Positions 9,035-20,197 of a stretch of DNA of 39,359 bases are shown here, piece by piece; within the stretch, counting starts at the first letter, position 1; each line of letters opens with the position of its first letter. Below the pieces are notes generated by a model, which was not told where the DNA came from, ran no database searches, and saw only the letters and a program-made list of their open reading frames with translations. The DNA is from Candidatus Nanopelagicales bacterium (GTDB lineage: Bacteria; Actinomycetota; Actinomycetes; S36-B12). The stretch lies in the NCBI GenBank assembly GCA_044240285.1, contig JBIHZU010000002.1, positions 1-39,359 of the forward strand, in the 5' to 3' direction. The position numbers and the translations under genes are program-made.

Positions 9035-12000
9035 CTCTTGTCGCGCTTCTGCGATTGGCCCAGGCGGATCCAGCATTTGCCGAGGCAATGCGGCTGGCTG
9101 GTCTTCAGCGCGGTGCGGTGAGTGATGTCGGAATTACTGCCCCTGCCTCTTTGCGAAGTCTGATTGCTTCAGGTGTGGCTCAGCACCGCACGGTCCTATT
9201 GGTGACTGCTACTGGACGTGAAGCTGAGGATTTGTGTTCCTCACTTCAGGGGGCAATCGACGGCGTATGTGCGGAGTTTCCGGCTTGGGAGACACTTCCG
9301 CATGAGCGGCTCTCGCCCTCAGCAGACACAGTCGGCCGACGCATTGACCTGCTGTCACGCCTAGCTGATCCGAGCCGCGATGTGCGTGTGATTGTTGCTC
9401 CGGTCCGTTCGATTCTGCAGCCCATCGTGCAAGGGCTAGGTCGATTGAAGCCGCTTGTGATTCGCGAGGGCGAAGATATCGACATTGATGCAATCGCGTA
9501 CGCCTTAGTCGAACGTGGCTACACCCGCACGGATCTAGTCGAACGCCGCGGCCACTTCGCTATCCGTGGCGGCATCATTGATGTGTTTCCACCGACCGCT
9601 GAGCATCCATTGCGCGCTGAGCTGTGGGGTGACACGGTCGAAGAGGTTCGCAGTTTCGCCGTTGCGGATCAGCGGTCCCTTGAGGCAGTGCCTGATGGCA
9701 TTAACTGTCTCCCAGTGCGCGAACTGCAGCTCACGAGCCAAATTCGTGAGCGTGCTGCGGCGCTAGTAGACGCGCACCCGGAAGTTGCAGATCTTCTCGC
9801 CCGCATCGCAGAAGGCGTAACTGTGGATGGCATGGAGGCTCTTGCTCCATTGTTGGCAGAGGGCATGGAGACCTTGCTCGACGTCGTTCCCGACGACACC
9901 CTTGTGCTGGTCTGCGATCCAGAGCGAGTGCGTGCGCGAGCGCATGAACTCGTTGCGACGTCACAGGAGTTCCTTGAGGCGTCTTGGCACAACGCGACGG
10001 TGGGCAACAGCACACCCATTGACCTCGCAGCGGCTGCCTATCGGTCGATAAGCGACCTTCGCGAAATTGCTTCCGCTCGCCAATTGCCGTGGTGGTGGAT
10101 AACGCCATTCGCCGACGACAGTGACGTTGAGTCCTTGGTGATCGATGCTCAAGAAGGTCAGGCCTATCGCGGTGACATTGAGCGGGTGATTGGCGATGTG
10201 CGCGCGCACCTCGTGCAAGGCATGAGCGTGGTATGGGCTTGCGAAGGCCATGGCTCTGCCGAACGCACGGTCGAGTCGTTGGTTGCGGCCGAGATCGCGG
10301 CCACACTTGTCTCCGATCTTGACGATGCTCCTCGCGCCGGAATCGTGACCGTGGTAACCGCCCGCATCTATCACGGCTTCGTGTCACCGTCGATGAATCT
10401 TTTGCTCATCACCGAGGACGACGTTGTTGGCCAGCGCTCCTCGACGCGTGACATGCGCCGAATGCCATCTCGGCGCCGCGCGACTCTTGATCCGTTGCAA
10501 CTCAAAGTGGGCGATTTCGTCGTCCATGAGCAGCATGGCGTAGGTCGCTACGTCGAGATGGCACAACGAGTTGTGGCCGGGGCGACGCGTGAATATCTCG
10601 TGCTCGAATACGCATCCAGTAAGCGCGGCCAGCCTGCGGACCGGCTCTACGTGCCGATGGATCAACTCGATCAGGTCACGCGCTACGTGGGCGGCGAGGC
10701 GCCGACAGTGCATCGACTCGGTGGCGCGGATTGGGAGAAGGCCAAAGGTCGTGCTCGAAAAGCTGTACGCCAGATCGCTGGTGAACTCATTCGCCTTTAT
10801 GCAGCGCGTATGTCTGCTCCCGGATATGCATTCGGTCCGGATACTCCTTGGCAGCGCGAACTTGAGGATGCTTTCGCCTACGTGGAGACTCCCGATCAGT
10901 TGTCGTGCATTGATGAGGTCAAGGCCGACATGGAAAAGGCCATCCCCATGGACCGGCTCATCTGTGGTGACGTCGGTTACGGCAAGACCGAGATCGCGGT
11001 GCGCGCGGCGTTCAAAGCCGTGCAGGATGGTCGTCAGGTGGTTGTACTTGTCCCCACCACACTTCTCGTGCAGCAGCATTTGTCAACGTTTGGCGAACGA
11101 TTCGCGCCGTTCCCCGTGAAGATCGCCGGTCTCTCTAGATTCCAGACCGCTAAGGAAGCGACCGCCGTCGTGGAGGCGGTGGCTGACGGCACCGTCGACG
11201 TTGTCATCGGCACGCACCGCCTCCTCACGTCGCAAATGCGATTCAAAGACTTGGGTCTGGTCATCGTTGATGAAGAACAACGCTTCGGAGTTGAACACAA
11301 GGAGCATTTGAAGGCTCTACGCACCAATGTCGATGTGCTGACGATGTCCGCAACACCGATCCCGCGATCCTTGGAGATGGCTGTCACAGGCATCCGGGAA
11401 ATGTCAACGATTCAGACTCCACCGGAGGAGCGCCTACCGATACTTACCTACGTCGGGCCCTACGACGACAAGCAGGTCGGTGCTGCGATTCGCCGCGAAC
11501 TCTTGCGCGAAGGACAGATCTTCTTTGTGCACAACCGTGTCGAATCTATTGAACGCGTGGCAGCACGTGTGCATGAGCTCGTACCCGATGCTCGCATCGG
11601 TGTCGCGCATGGACAGATGAACGAGCACACACTGGAGCAGGTCATCCTCGATTTCTGGGAACGAGAGATTGATGTGCTCGTGTGCACGACAATCGTGGAG
11701 TCTGGGCTAGATATCTCCAATGCAAACACGCTCATCGTCGATCGTGCTGACCTGCTCGGGCTGTCTCAACTCCACCAGTTGCGAGGGCGGGTAGGTCGCG
11801 GGCGTGAGCGGGCCTACGCGTACTTCATGTATCCCTCAGAACAGCCGCTCACGGAGATGGCGCACGATCGCCTCGCGACGATCGCACAGCACACGGATCT
11901 TGGTTCGGGTATGCAGATCGCGATGAAGGATCTGGAGATCCGTGGGGCCGGCAATCTGCTCGGTGGCGAGCAAAGCGGCCACATCGCCGATGTCGGATTT

Positions 12001-12504
12001 GATCTATACCTGCGGCTCGTGGGGGAGGCGCTCGCAGAAGTGCGTGGCACAGGGGTGCAGGAGGTCGCGGAGGTTCGCGTCGAACTCCCCATTGACGCAC
12101 ATCTGCCACATGAGTTCGTACCCGAAGAGAGACTCCGACTCGACGTCTACCGGCGCCTCGCTGCAGCGACGACTGATCCGGAGGTGGAGGCCGTGGCGGC
12201 CGAAATGACCGACCGGTTCGGGGCTCTTCCCGCTGTTGTGGAGAGCCTCTTAGGCGTAGCTCGCTTTCGAGTCTTGGCCAGGCGAGCCGGCCTTGATGAG
12301 GTGGTTTTACAGGGCAATGCAGTGCGATTCCATCCGGTTGAATTACCCGATTCCCGGATGATGCGCCTGACGAGGCTCTACCCGGGGAGCATCATCAAGC
12401 CCACCGTCCGTACCATCCTTGTACCGAGACCGGACGGCAACCTGCTGCAGTGGGCGACCGACCTCATCACCTCGGTACTAGAGCCAGACAGGAGCGTTTC
12501 GTGA
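9031..12504 (+). CDS. mfd: Transcription-repair coupling factor
   Basis: [12 protein letters not shown] (RNAP-interaction/CarD-like region), helicase Walker [18 protein letters not shown] box and [14 protein letters not shown] 9031 overlaps the upstream stop (GTGA). About 1157 aa. Confidence 0.93.
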   Translation: MTLVALLRLAQADPAFAEAMRLAGLQRGAVSDVGITAPASLRSLIASGVAQHRTVLLVTATGREAEDLCSSLQGAIDGVCAEFPAWETLPHERLSPSADTVGRRIDLLSRLADPSRDVRVIVAPVRSILQPIVQGLGRLKPLVIREGEDIDIDAIAYALVERGYTRTDLVERRGHFAIRGGIIDVFPPTAEHPLRAELWGDTVEEVRSFAVADQRSLEAVPDGINCLPVRELQLTSQIRERAAALVDAHPEVADLLARIAEGVTVDGMEALAPLLAEGMETLLDVVPDDTLVLVCDPERVRARAHELVATSQEFLEASWHNATVGNSTPIDLAAAAYRSISDLREIASARQLPWWWITPFADDSDVESLVIDAQEGQAYRGDIERVIGDVRAHLVQGMSVVWACEGHGSAERTVESLVAAEIAATLVSDLDDAPRAGIVTVVTARIYHGFVSPSMNLLLITEDDVVGQRSSTRDMRRMPSRRRATLDPLQLKVGDFVVHEQHGVGRYVEMAQRVVAGATREYLVLEYASSKRGQPADRLYVPMDQLDQVTRYVGGEAPTVHRLGGADWEKAKGRARKAVRQIAGELIRLYAARMSAPGYAFGPDTPWQRELEDAFAYVETPDQLSCIDEVKADMEKAIPMDRLICGDVGYGKTEIAVRAAFKAVQDGRQVVVLVPTTLLVQQHLSTFGERFAPFPVKIAGLSRFQTAKEATAVVEAVADGTVDVVIGTHRLLTSQMRFKDLGLVIVDEEQRFGVEHKEHLKALRTNVDVLTMSATPIPRSLEMAVTGIREMSTIQTPPEERLPILTYVGPYDDKQVGAAIRRELLREGQIFFVHNRVESIERVAARVHELVPDARIGVAHGQMNEHTLEQVILDFWEREIDVLVCTTIVESGLDISNANTLIVDRADLLGLSQLHQLRGRVGRGRERAYAYFMYPSEQPLTEMAHDRLATIAQHTDLGSGMQIAMKDLEIRGAGNLLGGEQSGHIADVGFDLYLRLVGEALAEVRGTGVQEVAEVRVELPIDAHLPHEFVPEERLRLDVYRRLAAATTDPEVEAVAAEMTDRFGALPAVVESLLGVARFRVLARRAGLDEVVLQGNAVRFHPVELPDSRMMRLTRLYPGSIIKPTVRTILVPRPDGNLLQWATDLITSVLEPDRSVS

Positions 12505-13106
12505 AGTTGATCCGCCGCGGACTTATCCCCGCCGCCGGCATCGCCGTTGTGGCGATTCTCCTTTCAGCATGTGGTGGCCCCATGGCTGCTTCTTCGGCTG
12601 TGATCGTCGGCGAGCAGGCTGTTGCCAACACGACTCTTGACAATTACGTCTCTGATTTACATCGAGCGCTGAACGAGCCAGTCGATCAAGCGGACTTCGC
12701 GGTGACACAGGCAGCCTTGAATCGATTGATTCTTGAAAACCTCGTCGACCAGTCGGGTGCGAGACTCGGCATCGTGGTCACAGACGCACAGATTCAAGGC
12801 GCTATTGCAACGGCTGATGCCACCCTCGGGGGCCATGACAAGCTCCTCGCGGCGTTGCTAGAGAGTCAAATTCCGCCAACCGCCATAAACAACGCCTTCC
12901 GACTATCCCTGACGCTAGAAAAGATGGGTCCGGCCCTCGTGCCGGGCACCGATACACAAGCGCAGCAGCAGGCTGTCTATGACTATGTGTTCAATCTAGC
13001 TGCCGAGATTGGTGTCACCCCCAACCCGCGTTATGGCACCTGGAACGCGGCTGAGTTGACGCTCGGTGCGCTGCCCACTGACCTGTCCACACCTGTTTCG
13101 AAGTGA
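12501..13106 (+). CDS. Lipoprotein with SurA-N-like chaperone domain
   Basis: Signal peptide ending in the lipobox LLSAC|GG. The Leu/Ala-rich helical body resembles SurA N-terminal domains. GTG overlaps the mfd stop (GTGA). Confidence 0.6.
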   Translation: MKLIRRGLIPAAGIAVVAILLSACGGPMAASSAVIVGEQAVANTTLDNYVSDLHRALNEPVDQADFAVTQAALNRLILENLVDQSGARLGIVVTDAQIQGAIATADATLGGHDKLLAALLESQIPPTAINNAFRLSLTLEKMGPALVPGTDTQAQQQAVYDYVFNLAAEIGVTPNPRYGTWNAAELTLGALPTDLSTPVSK

Positions 13107-13774
13107 CCTCACGACCTGGTGAGCGCCTCCTTGACCTCGTTGAGGTCATGGATCGGCTGCGCTCGCCGGGTGGTTGTCCGTGGGACGAAAAGCAGACCCA
13201 CGAGTCTCTCGTTCCGTACCTGATCGAAGAGACCTACGAGACTCTCGACGCGATTGAATCGAAAGACTCAGCAGCGCTCCTCGAAGAACTTGGTGATCTC
13301 TTGCTCCAAGTTGTATTCCACGCCCGGATCGCTCAAGACGGTGAGCAGCCGTGGTCCATCGACGATGTGGCCGATGGCATTGTGACAAAACTGATTTCTC
13401 GTCACCCGCACGTCTTCGCAGATGGAGATGCCGAGACACCCGAGCAAGTCGAGTCGGCGTGGCAAGCGATCAAGACCCGCGAAAAGGGCCGCACCTCAGT
13501 GACTGATGGCGTTCCGATGGGATTGCCAGCACTGGCCCTAGCGGCGAAGCTTCTCAGCCGGGCGCGCAACGGCAACGTCGCGGTCGACCTGCCCGCATCG
13601 GCTGCGGCAGATGAGGTCGTCGACGCTCTGCCCGATATGGCTGCGTACGGCGACTTGTTGCTGGCCCTAGTGGCAGCAGGCGCGCAGCAGGGCTGGGAGG
13701 CCGAAACGGCCCTACGTGACGCCGATCGCCGCTATGCCACCGCGCTGCGGCAGGCCGAGGGACACAAGGAATAG
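13103..13774 (+). CDS. mazG: Nucleoside triphosphate pyrophosphohydrolase MazG
   Basis: RLRSPGGCPWDEKQTHESL, EETYETLDAIE and GDLLLQVVFH MazG motifs. GTGA overlap with the upstream gene. Confidence 0.85.
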   Translation: MTSRPGERLLDLVEVMDRLRSPGGCPWDEKQTHESLVPYLIEETYETLDAIESKDSAALLEELGDLLLQVVFHARIAQDGEQPWSIDDVADGIVTKLISRHPHVFADGDAETPEQVESAWQAIKTREKGRTSVTDGVPMGLPALALAAKLLSRARNGNVAVDLPASAAADEVVDALPDMAAYGDLLLALVAAGAQQGWEAETALRDADRRYATALRQAEGHKE

Positions 13775-13794
13775 CTCAGCCGGACTGCAGATAG

Positions 13795-15084
<1,290 letters not shown>

Positions 15085-15102
15085 TCGTGCGACCCTAGAC
15101 GC

Positions 15103-15504
15103 ATGTCTACGCCGCGTGAGGGTCGCGTCGCTGCGCCCCGGCGCCGCCGCTCAGCTCGGGGCAGAGCTGTCGCGCTGCTCGTTGTGTTGGGCGCCTTAGC
15201 TCTCACGCTGGCACTTCCGATTCGTGAATGGGTCTCGCAGCGCATGGAGATCTCCCAGCTTGAGGCATCTGTCGCAGCCACGCAGCAAGAGGTCGCGGAC
15301 CGCACTGCTGAGCAGGAGCGTTGGCAGGATCCGGCCTATGTTGCGGCTCAAGCGCGAAGCCGGCTGCACTTCGTGTTACCGGGAGAGATTGGCTACGTCG
15401 TGATCGGCGGCGATGACACACCCGTTGTGACAACTGCTGCAGGCGAAGAGCGATCGTGGTGGTCGGGACTTTGGGATTCCGTACGAGTTGCTGATGCCGG
15501 CTGA
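15103..15504 (+). CDS. Septum-formation initiator (FtsB/DivIC family) protein
   Basis: Arg-rich N-terminus, a single TM helix, then a coiled coil (ISQLEASVAATQQEVADR). The position after eno matches Rv1024 in M. tuberculosis. Confidence 0.7.
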   Translation: MSTPREGRVAAPRRRRSARGRAVALLVVLGALALTLALPIREWVSQRMEISQLEASVAATQQEVADRTAEQERWQDPAYVAAQARSRLHFVLPGEIGYVVIGGDDTPVVTTAAGEERSWWSGLWDSVRVADAG

Positions 15505-15979
15505 ACCACCAACCCGTGCTGACATCGCCGCCGTCGCTGCACAGTTGGGTCGCACTCCACGCAATATTCGGGCGATCGCTCATCGTTGTGGTTGTGGGCT
15601 GCCGACCGTTGTCGAGACCGAGGCACGACTCGAGGATGGCACTCCATTCCCTACTGTCTTTTACTTAACCTGTTCAAAGGCCTCTAGCGCAGTTGGCACG
15701 CTCGAAGCTAGCGGTGTCATGCGCGAGATGAACGAACGTCTTGCTGATGACCCTGAGCTGCGTGATGCTTATGCCATAGCGCACGCGGATTATCTTGAGC
15801 GTCGCGGTGACGCAGTGCCTGAGATTGCCGGGATTTCTGCCGGTGGCATGCCCACGCGCGTGAAGTGCCTGCATGCATTACTCGGACATGCACTTGCTGC
15901 AGGTCCTGGCGTCAATCCATTGGGTGATGAAGTCCGAAAAATGCTCGGCGAATGGTGGAAGGACGGACCATGCGCGTAG
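15494..15979 (+). CDS. DUF501 domain protein
   Basis: CGCGLPTVVETEARLEDGTPFPTVFYLTC and KCLH motifs. The position (Rv1025-like) lies between the ftsB-like gene and ppx. The start is ATG 15494 or TTG 15488. Confidence 0.75.
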   Translation: MPAEPPTRADIAAVAAQLGRTPRNIRAIAHRCGCGLPTVVETEARLEDGTPFPTVFYLTCSKASSAVGTLEASGVMREMNERLADDPELRDAYAIAHADYLERRGDAVPEIAGISAGGMPTRVKCLHALLGHALAAGPGVNPLGDEVRKMLGEWWKDGPCA

Positions 15980-16884
15980 GGGCTATTGACTGTGGCACCA
16001 ATTCGATTCGGCTACTCATCGCCGACATCGATGGGGATCAATTCGCAGAAGTCGATCGCCGAATGGAGATCGTCCGGCTTGGTGAAGGCGTCGATCGCAC
16101 CGGGACGTTGTCCGCTGCGGCGCTCGACCGTACTTTTGCCGCATGTGATCGCTATGCCGAAGTGTTGTCCTTGCACGGCGTGACTCAAGTGCGCTTTGTT
16201 GCCACCAGCGCCAGCCGTGATGCCAGCAACAGGGATGACTTTATTGCTGGCGTTCGGGCGCGCTTGGGCATCGACCCGGAGGTCATCACGGGAGCCGAGG
16301 AGGCTGCGCTCTCCTTCACGGGAGCCGTGCGTGGCTTACGCAACCCGGTCGCCTTGCCGACTCTTGTCGTGGATATTGGAGGTGGCTCAACTGAGTTCGT
16401 ACTCGGTGCAGACCTGCCGATTGCGGCAATGTCCGTCGACATTGGTTGCGTACGCCTCACTGAACGTCACCTTCGAGCAGATCCGCCTAGCAGCGCGTCG
16501 ATTGACGCCACGATCGCGGACATTGACGCCGCAATTGATCGTGCAGCAGAGAGCGTCCCTCTCGACCAGGCGAAAAGCCTCCTTGGTCTCGCCGGATCCG
16601 TGACGACTCTTGCAGCCATCGCCTTGGATCTGTTGGTCTACGATCCGGCGGTTTTGCATGGGTCCATCCTGATGCCCGATCAGGTGGCGCGTGTGACTGC
16701 AGACCTACTCCACATGACTAGAGCCGAGCGAGCAGTTATGACCCTGATGCACGACGGCCGGGTGGACGTGATCGGGGGCGGGGCGCTCATCTTGGACCGA
16801 ATTGTGCGCCGGGTCGGCCTCCCCGTGGTCGTGAGTGAGACTGACATCTTGGATGGGATCGCTTGGAGTATGGCTAAGGGATAG
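15970..16884 (+). CDS. ppx: Ppx/GppA-family exopolyphosphatase
   Basis: ASKHA-fold motifs GAIDCGTNSIRLLIA and VVDIGGGSTEF. ATG 15970 overlaps the end of DUF501. Confidence 0.85.
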   Translation: MRVGAIDCGTNSIRLLIADIDGDQFAEVDRRMEIVRLGEGVDRTGTLSAAALDRTFAACDRYAEVLSLHGVTQVRFVATSASRDASNRDDFIAGVRARLGIDPEVITGAEEAALSFTGAVRGLRNPVALPTLVVDIGGGSTEFVLGADLPIAAMSVDIGCVRLTERHLRADPPSSASIDATIADIDAAIDRAAESVPLDQAKSLLGLAGSVTTLAAIALDLLVYDPAVLHGSILMPDQVARVTADLLHMTRAERAVMTLMHDGRVDVIGGGALILDRIVRRVGLPVVVSETDILDGIAWSMAKG

Positions 16885-17031
16885 GTCGATCTTCTGTAAC
16901 CCCTTGCATGGCTTTAACGGGGTGCCTAGAATCCGGATTTGGCAGGGACTGGGGGCATTCTGCCGCAAACGTTTTCTCATGGATGATCTGTTCATCTGCG
17001 TGTAGACACGTACTAAGGATTCGGAGGCGAC

Positions 17032-18051
17032 ATGACAGGCCGCAACATCACCATCCGCGATGTGGCGAAGATCGCGGGTGTCTCCACAGCGACTGTCTCG
17101 CGAGCGCTCAGAGGACTGCCACACGTCGATGGCGCAACGCGGGATCGTGTTGCTCGTGTGGCCGAGGAACTTGACTACGTCATTTCGCCTAGCGCATCGC
17201 GATTGGCGAGTGGTCGGACTGGCACCATTGCGATCGTCACCCCGTATGTCTCCCGCTGGTTCTTCGCGACTTTACTTTCGGGGATCGATTCAGTTTTTCA
17301 AGGAGCGGGAGTGGACTTGCTCCTCTTCGGTGTTGGCGATCCTTCGGTGTCGACGGAGAGAATCCCCTCAGAACGTCGTCTGCGCGGCCGAGTCGATGGA
17401 TTAATGGTGTTGGCACTCCCCGCCGCGCTACCGGAGGTTCAGAACCTTGTCGGGATGGGGCTCCCGGTCAGTCTTGTGGGGATGACTGCTTCAAGCGTTC
17501 CGTCTGCATCTATTGATGATGTGGAAGCCGCCCGCATGGCAACCCAACACTTGTTGAACCTGGGCCACGTTGACATCGGGCTCATCGCCGGTGACAAAAG
17601 CCCCACCGAATTCACCATGCAGGATGAGCGGCGCAGGGGATTCACGGCAGCGCTCAGTGGCGCAGGACTGACTCATGACCCGGTCTTGGAAGCAAGTGGA
17701 CATTTCACCGTGGCGGGAGGCGAACGAGCGATGACCGTGTTGCTGTCACAGCCCAAGCGGCCAACGGCAGTCTTCGCCATGTCTGATGAGATGGCCTTCG
17801 GCGCGATTCGCGCTCTACAGCGACACGGACTTCGCCCTGGTCGCGACGTGTCCATCGTTGGGGTTGATGGCCATGACATTTCGGAGTTGCTTGACCTGAC
17901 TACGGTTGAACAGCCAGTCGCCGAGCTCGGCCGTGTCAGTGCCGAGGCTCTGCTCGAGCAGTTGCGCACCGGGGTTAAGCCCTTCGAAACCATTGTGCTC
18001 CCCACCGAATTGGTGGTGCGCGGAAGCACTGTGCCGTCTTCGACACACTAG
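17032..18051 (+). CDS. LacI-family transcriptional regulator
   Basis: N-terminal HTH TIRDVAKIAGVSTATVSRALRG followed by a periplasmic-binding-protein-like effector domain. Confidence 0.9.
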   Translation: MTGRNITIRDVAKIAGVSTATVSRALRGLPHVDGATRDRVARVAEELDYVISPSASRLASGRTGTIAIVTPYVSRWFFATLLSGIDSVFQGAGVDLLLFGVGDPSVSTERIPSERRLRGRVDGLMVLALPAALPEVQNLVGMGLPVSLVGMTASSVPSASIDDVEAARMATQHLLNLGHVDIGLIAGDKSPTEFTMQDERRRGFTAALSGAGLTHDPVLEASGHFTVAGGERAMTVLLSQPKRPTAVFAMSDEMAFGAIRALQRHGLRPGRDVSIVGVDGHDISELLDLTTVEQPVAELGRVSAEALLEQLRTGVKPFETIVLPTELVVRGSTVPSSTH

Positions 18052-18061
18052 AGTCGCCACT

Positions 18062-18745
18062 ATGAGTGAACACATCGCGATCCCACGCCGTGACTCGGAC
18101 ATCCCCGGCACCCTGGCAATTCCAGCCTCAGGTTCGGGTATTGGAGTCTTGGTCATTCAGGAGTGGTGGGGCGTAGTCCCGCATATTGCCAGTGTCGTAG
18201 ATCGACTTGCTGAGGCTGGATTTGTTGCTCTTGCCCCGGACCTGTACGGCGGGGTGAACACCACCGAACCTGATGAGGCGGGCAAGCTCATGATGGGTCT
18301 CAAGGTGGCGGCAGCAGCTGACGACATAGCTGCGGCGGCTGACTATCTCGTACGTCGGCCTGAGCTCAACTCGGCGAAGCTCGGCATTGTCGGGTTCTGC
18401 ATGGGCGGCGGACTCGCTCTTCTCGGCCCGACCGTGACTCCACATGTATTCGCTGCGTCGGCCTTCTATCCGGCGATGCCATGGCCGGAATACTCGCCCG
18501 CTTGGGCCAACTACGCGGGACGTGCTGCCCTGGTCCATCAGGCCGAATCAGATCTTCCATCGACGGGCGACTCCATCGCGTCGTACGTCAAGGACATCCG
18601 CGGGCATGGGGGCGATGCGATTGTTGAGACTTATCTGGGCACTGAACACGCGTTCTTTAACGATGACCGTCCCGAGGTCTACAACGCGGAGGCCGCGGCG
18701 CTTGCTTGGGATCGCACTCTGGAGTTATTCAGAACACTCGGCTAA
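18062..18745 (+). CDS. Dienelactone hydrolase family protein
   Basis: alpha/beta-hydrolase with a Cys nucleophile elbow (GFCMGGG) and a C-terminal TEHAFFND motif. ATG 18062 lies 10 nt after the LacI stop. Confidence 0.8.
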   Translation: MSEHIAIPRRDSDIPGTLAIPASGSGIGVLVIQEWWGVVPHIASVVDRLAEAGFVALAPDLYGGVNTTEPDEAGKLMMGLKVAAAADDIAAAADYLVRRPELNSAKLGIVGFCMGGGLALLGPTVTPHVFAASAFYPAMPWPEYSPAWANYAGRAALVHQAESDLPSTGDSIASYVKDIRGHGGDAIVETYLGTEHAFFNDDRPEVYNAEAAALAWDRTLELFRTLG

Positions 18746-18752
18746 ATCGCCC

Positions 18753-18829
18753 GCCCCCGTAGTCCAACTGGCAGAGACGCCCGGCTTAAACCCGGCACAG
18801 TGTGGGTTCAAATCCCACCGGGGGCACCA
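18753..18829 (+). tRNA. Atypical tRNA: anticodon UAA (Leu codon UUA/UUG), Leu-like 3-bp D-stem, only a 5-nt variable loop
   Basis: Hand fold: acceptor GCCCCCG/CGGGGGC, TA, D-arm GTC-CAACTGGCAGA-GAC, G26. Anticodon arm CCCGG-CTTAAAC-CCGGC (4 bp plus a C:C top pair). Variable loop ACAGT, T-arm GTGGG-TTCAAAT-CCCAC, discriminator A, encoded CCA. Confidence 0.6.
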
Positions 18830-18949
18830 TCGAAGGTCTCCCCGGGTGCCACCTCCTGCGGCCGTGGCCCGAGTGCGCGGGTGTGGGGCGTGTCGAAATT
18901 GTGGGTCTAGAGGGTGCTTAGCGGTCGGGGCTGGGTTATTCTTCTGAAC

Positions 18950-19774
18950 ATGCAGACCACGTCTAACCCAGTCCTTTCCAAGCTCACTCGACCGGCGAAG
19001 GCGACCCCTCAGCCGATCCCCGGTTCAGGTGTCACCACGGGGACTCTCGCGCCCCCCGTTGGCCAGCCGATCTCGACGCAACCCGCATGGACGCAGCCCG
19101 TCGCCAACGAGCCAGCCGTCACCATGGCCGACATCATGTCGAAGTGTTTCCTCGTCTTCGGCGTATGCGTCGTGTTCGCCTTTGTGGGCTGGTTCATCCC
19201 GGCCCTGCTGATCGTGGGCGCGATTGGCGCGCTGGTGCTCGGCATCGTCAATGCTGTGAAGCGCAAGGTCTCACCCGTGCTTGTGCTCCTCTACGCAGTG
19301 TGCAGCGGCTTGATGCTTGGTGCAGTGAGTTACATGTACGACGCGTACGTCGTCAACCCGGAATACACCGGACTCGTTCTTCAGGCAGTGATCGGCACTA
19401 TGACGGCATTCGGCGTCATGCTCGTTCTCTACACCACCAAGATCGTCAGAGTCACGGCGCGATTCATGCGCGTCTTCATCGGCGCGATGATCTCCTACGC
19501 CCTTATCGCCCTTGCATCGCTTGTGGCCTCGTTCTTTGGTGTAGGCGGCGGTTGGGGCTTCTACGGCGTCGGCGGTTGGGGCCTGCTCCTGTGCCTCTTC
19601 GGTGTCGCTCTGGCTTCTTTCAGCCTCATGCTCGACTTCGAGGCAATTAGTCAAGCAGTCAAAATGGGTGTGCCCCAGCGTGAAGCGTGGCGACTGGCTT
19701 TTGGCTTGCTCATCACCCTCGTGTGGCTTTACCTCGAGATCTTGCGTTTGCTTGCCATCATCAATCGCAACTAA
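18950..19774 (+). CDS. Bax-inhibitor-1/YccA family membrane protein
   Basis: MQTTSNPVLSK N-terminus, a Pro/Thr/Gln-rich linker, then about 7 hydrophobic helices, as is typical of actinobacterial BI-1 proteins. Confidence 0.8.
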   Translation: MQTTSNPVLSKLTRPAKATPQPIPGSGVTTGTLAPPVGQPISTQPAWTQPVANEPAVTMADIMSKCFLVFGVCVVFAFVGWFIPALLIVGAIGALVLGIVNAVKRKVSPVLVLLYAVCSGLMLGAVSYMYDAYVVNPEYTGLVLQAVIGTMTAFGVMLVLYTTKIVRVTARFMRVFIGAMISYALIALASLVASFFGVGGGWGFYGVGGWGLLLCLFGVALASFSLMLDFEAISQAVKMGVPQREAWRLAFGLLITLVWLYLEILRLLAIINRN

Positions 19775-20094
19775 TGCCGGTGGTTCATTCATCGCCGCGT
19801 GAGCGGATTGTGCTCGAATGTGGGCGCGTTCGCGATCGCTTGCGATCATTGACCCTAAATCGAATCGCCCCGATTGCTGAGGCGGTTCATGCTGTGGCCG
19901 AAGCAATCCTGCACAGCGATCTGCGACTCGAGGGTCGTCCGGTGCGCGAGCTACCGCGCCTTGGTGACGAAGTGCTTGAGGCGCAACTCGGTGTTGTCTC
20001 TACGGACCTGCTTTCTGCGGCTGGCCCCCACGACGAGGCCGTGCTCACCGAAGCGGCAGATGCGCTTACGGACCTGCGGCGCTCGCTGCCTTAG
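19774..20094 (+). CDS. Hypothetical protein (106 aa), translationally coupled to the BI-1 gene
   Basis: ATG 19774 overlaps the BI-1 stop (TAATG). The sequence is Ala/Leu/Arg-rich and probably helical. No recognisable motif. Confidence 0.45.
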   Translation: MPVVHSSPRERIVLECGRVRDRLRSLTLNRIAPIAEAVHAVAEAILHSDLRLEGRPVRELPRLGDEVLEAQLGVVSTDLLSAAGPHDEAVLTEAADALTDLRRSLP

Positions 20095-20197
20095 CGCATG
20101 GTGCGTGTCACTCGCAGTTGTGACATTTTCTGCGACCTATGGCGTATTCTCCAATTCGATGACCGCTTCAATGGGCCGAAATTGAGGGAGCTGCGCC

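Noticed and set aside
18753-18829. Reading the odd tRNA as tRNA-Lys (CUU), as an ochre suppressor, or as a minus-strand gene.
   Set aside because: With the only stable anticodon stem, the 7-nt loop is C-U-UAA-A-C, so U33 and A37 fix the anticodon as UAA (Leu), not CUU or UUA. The reverse complement lacks a T-loop and a CCA end.
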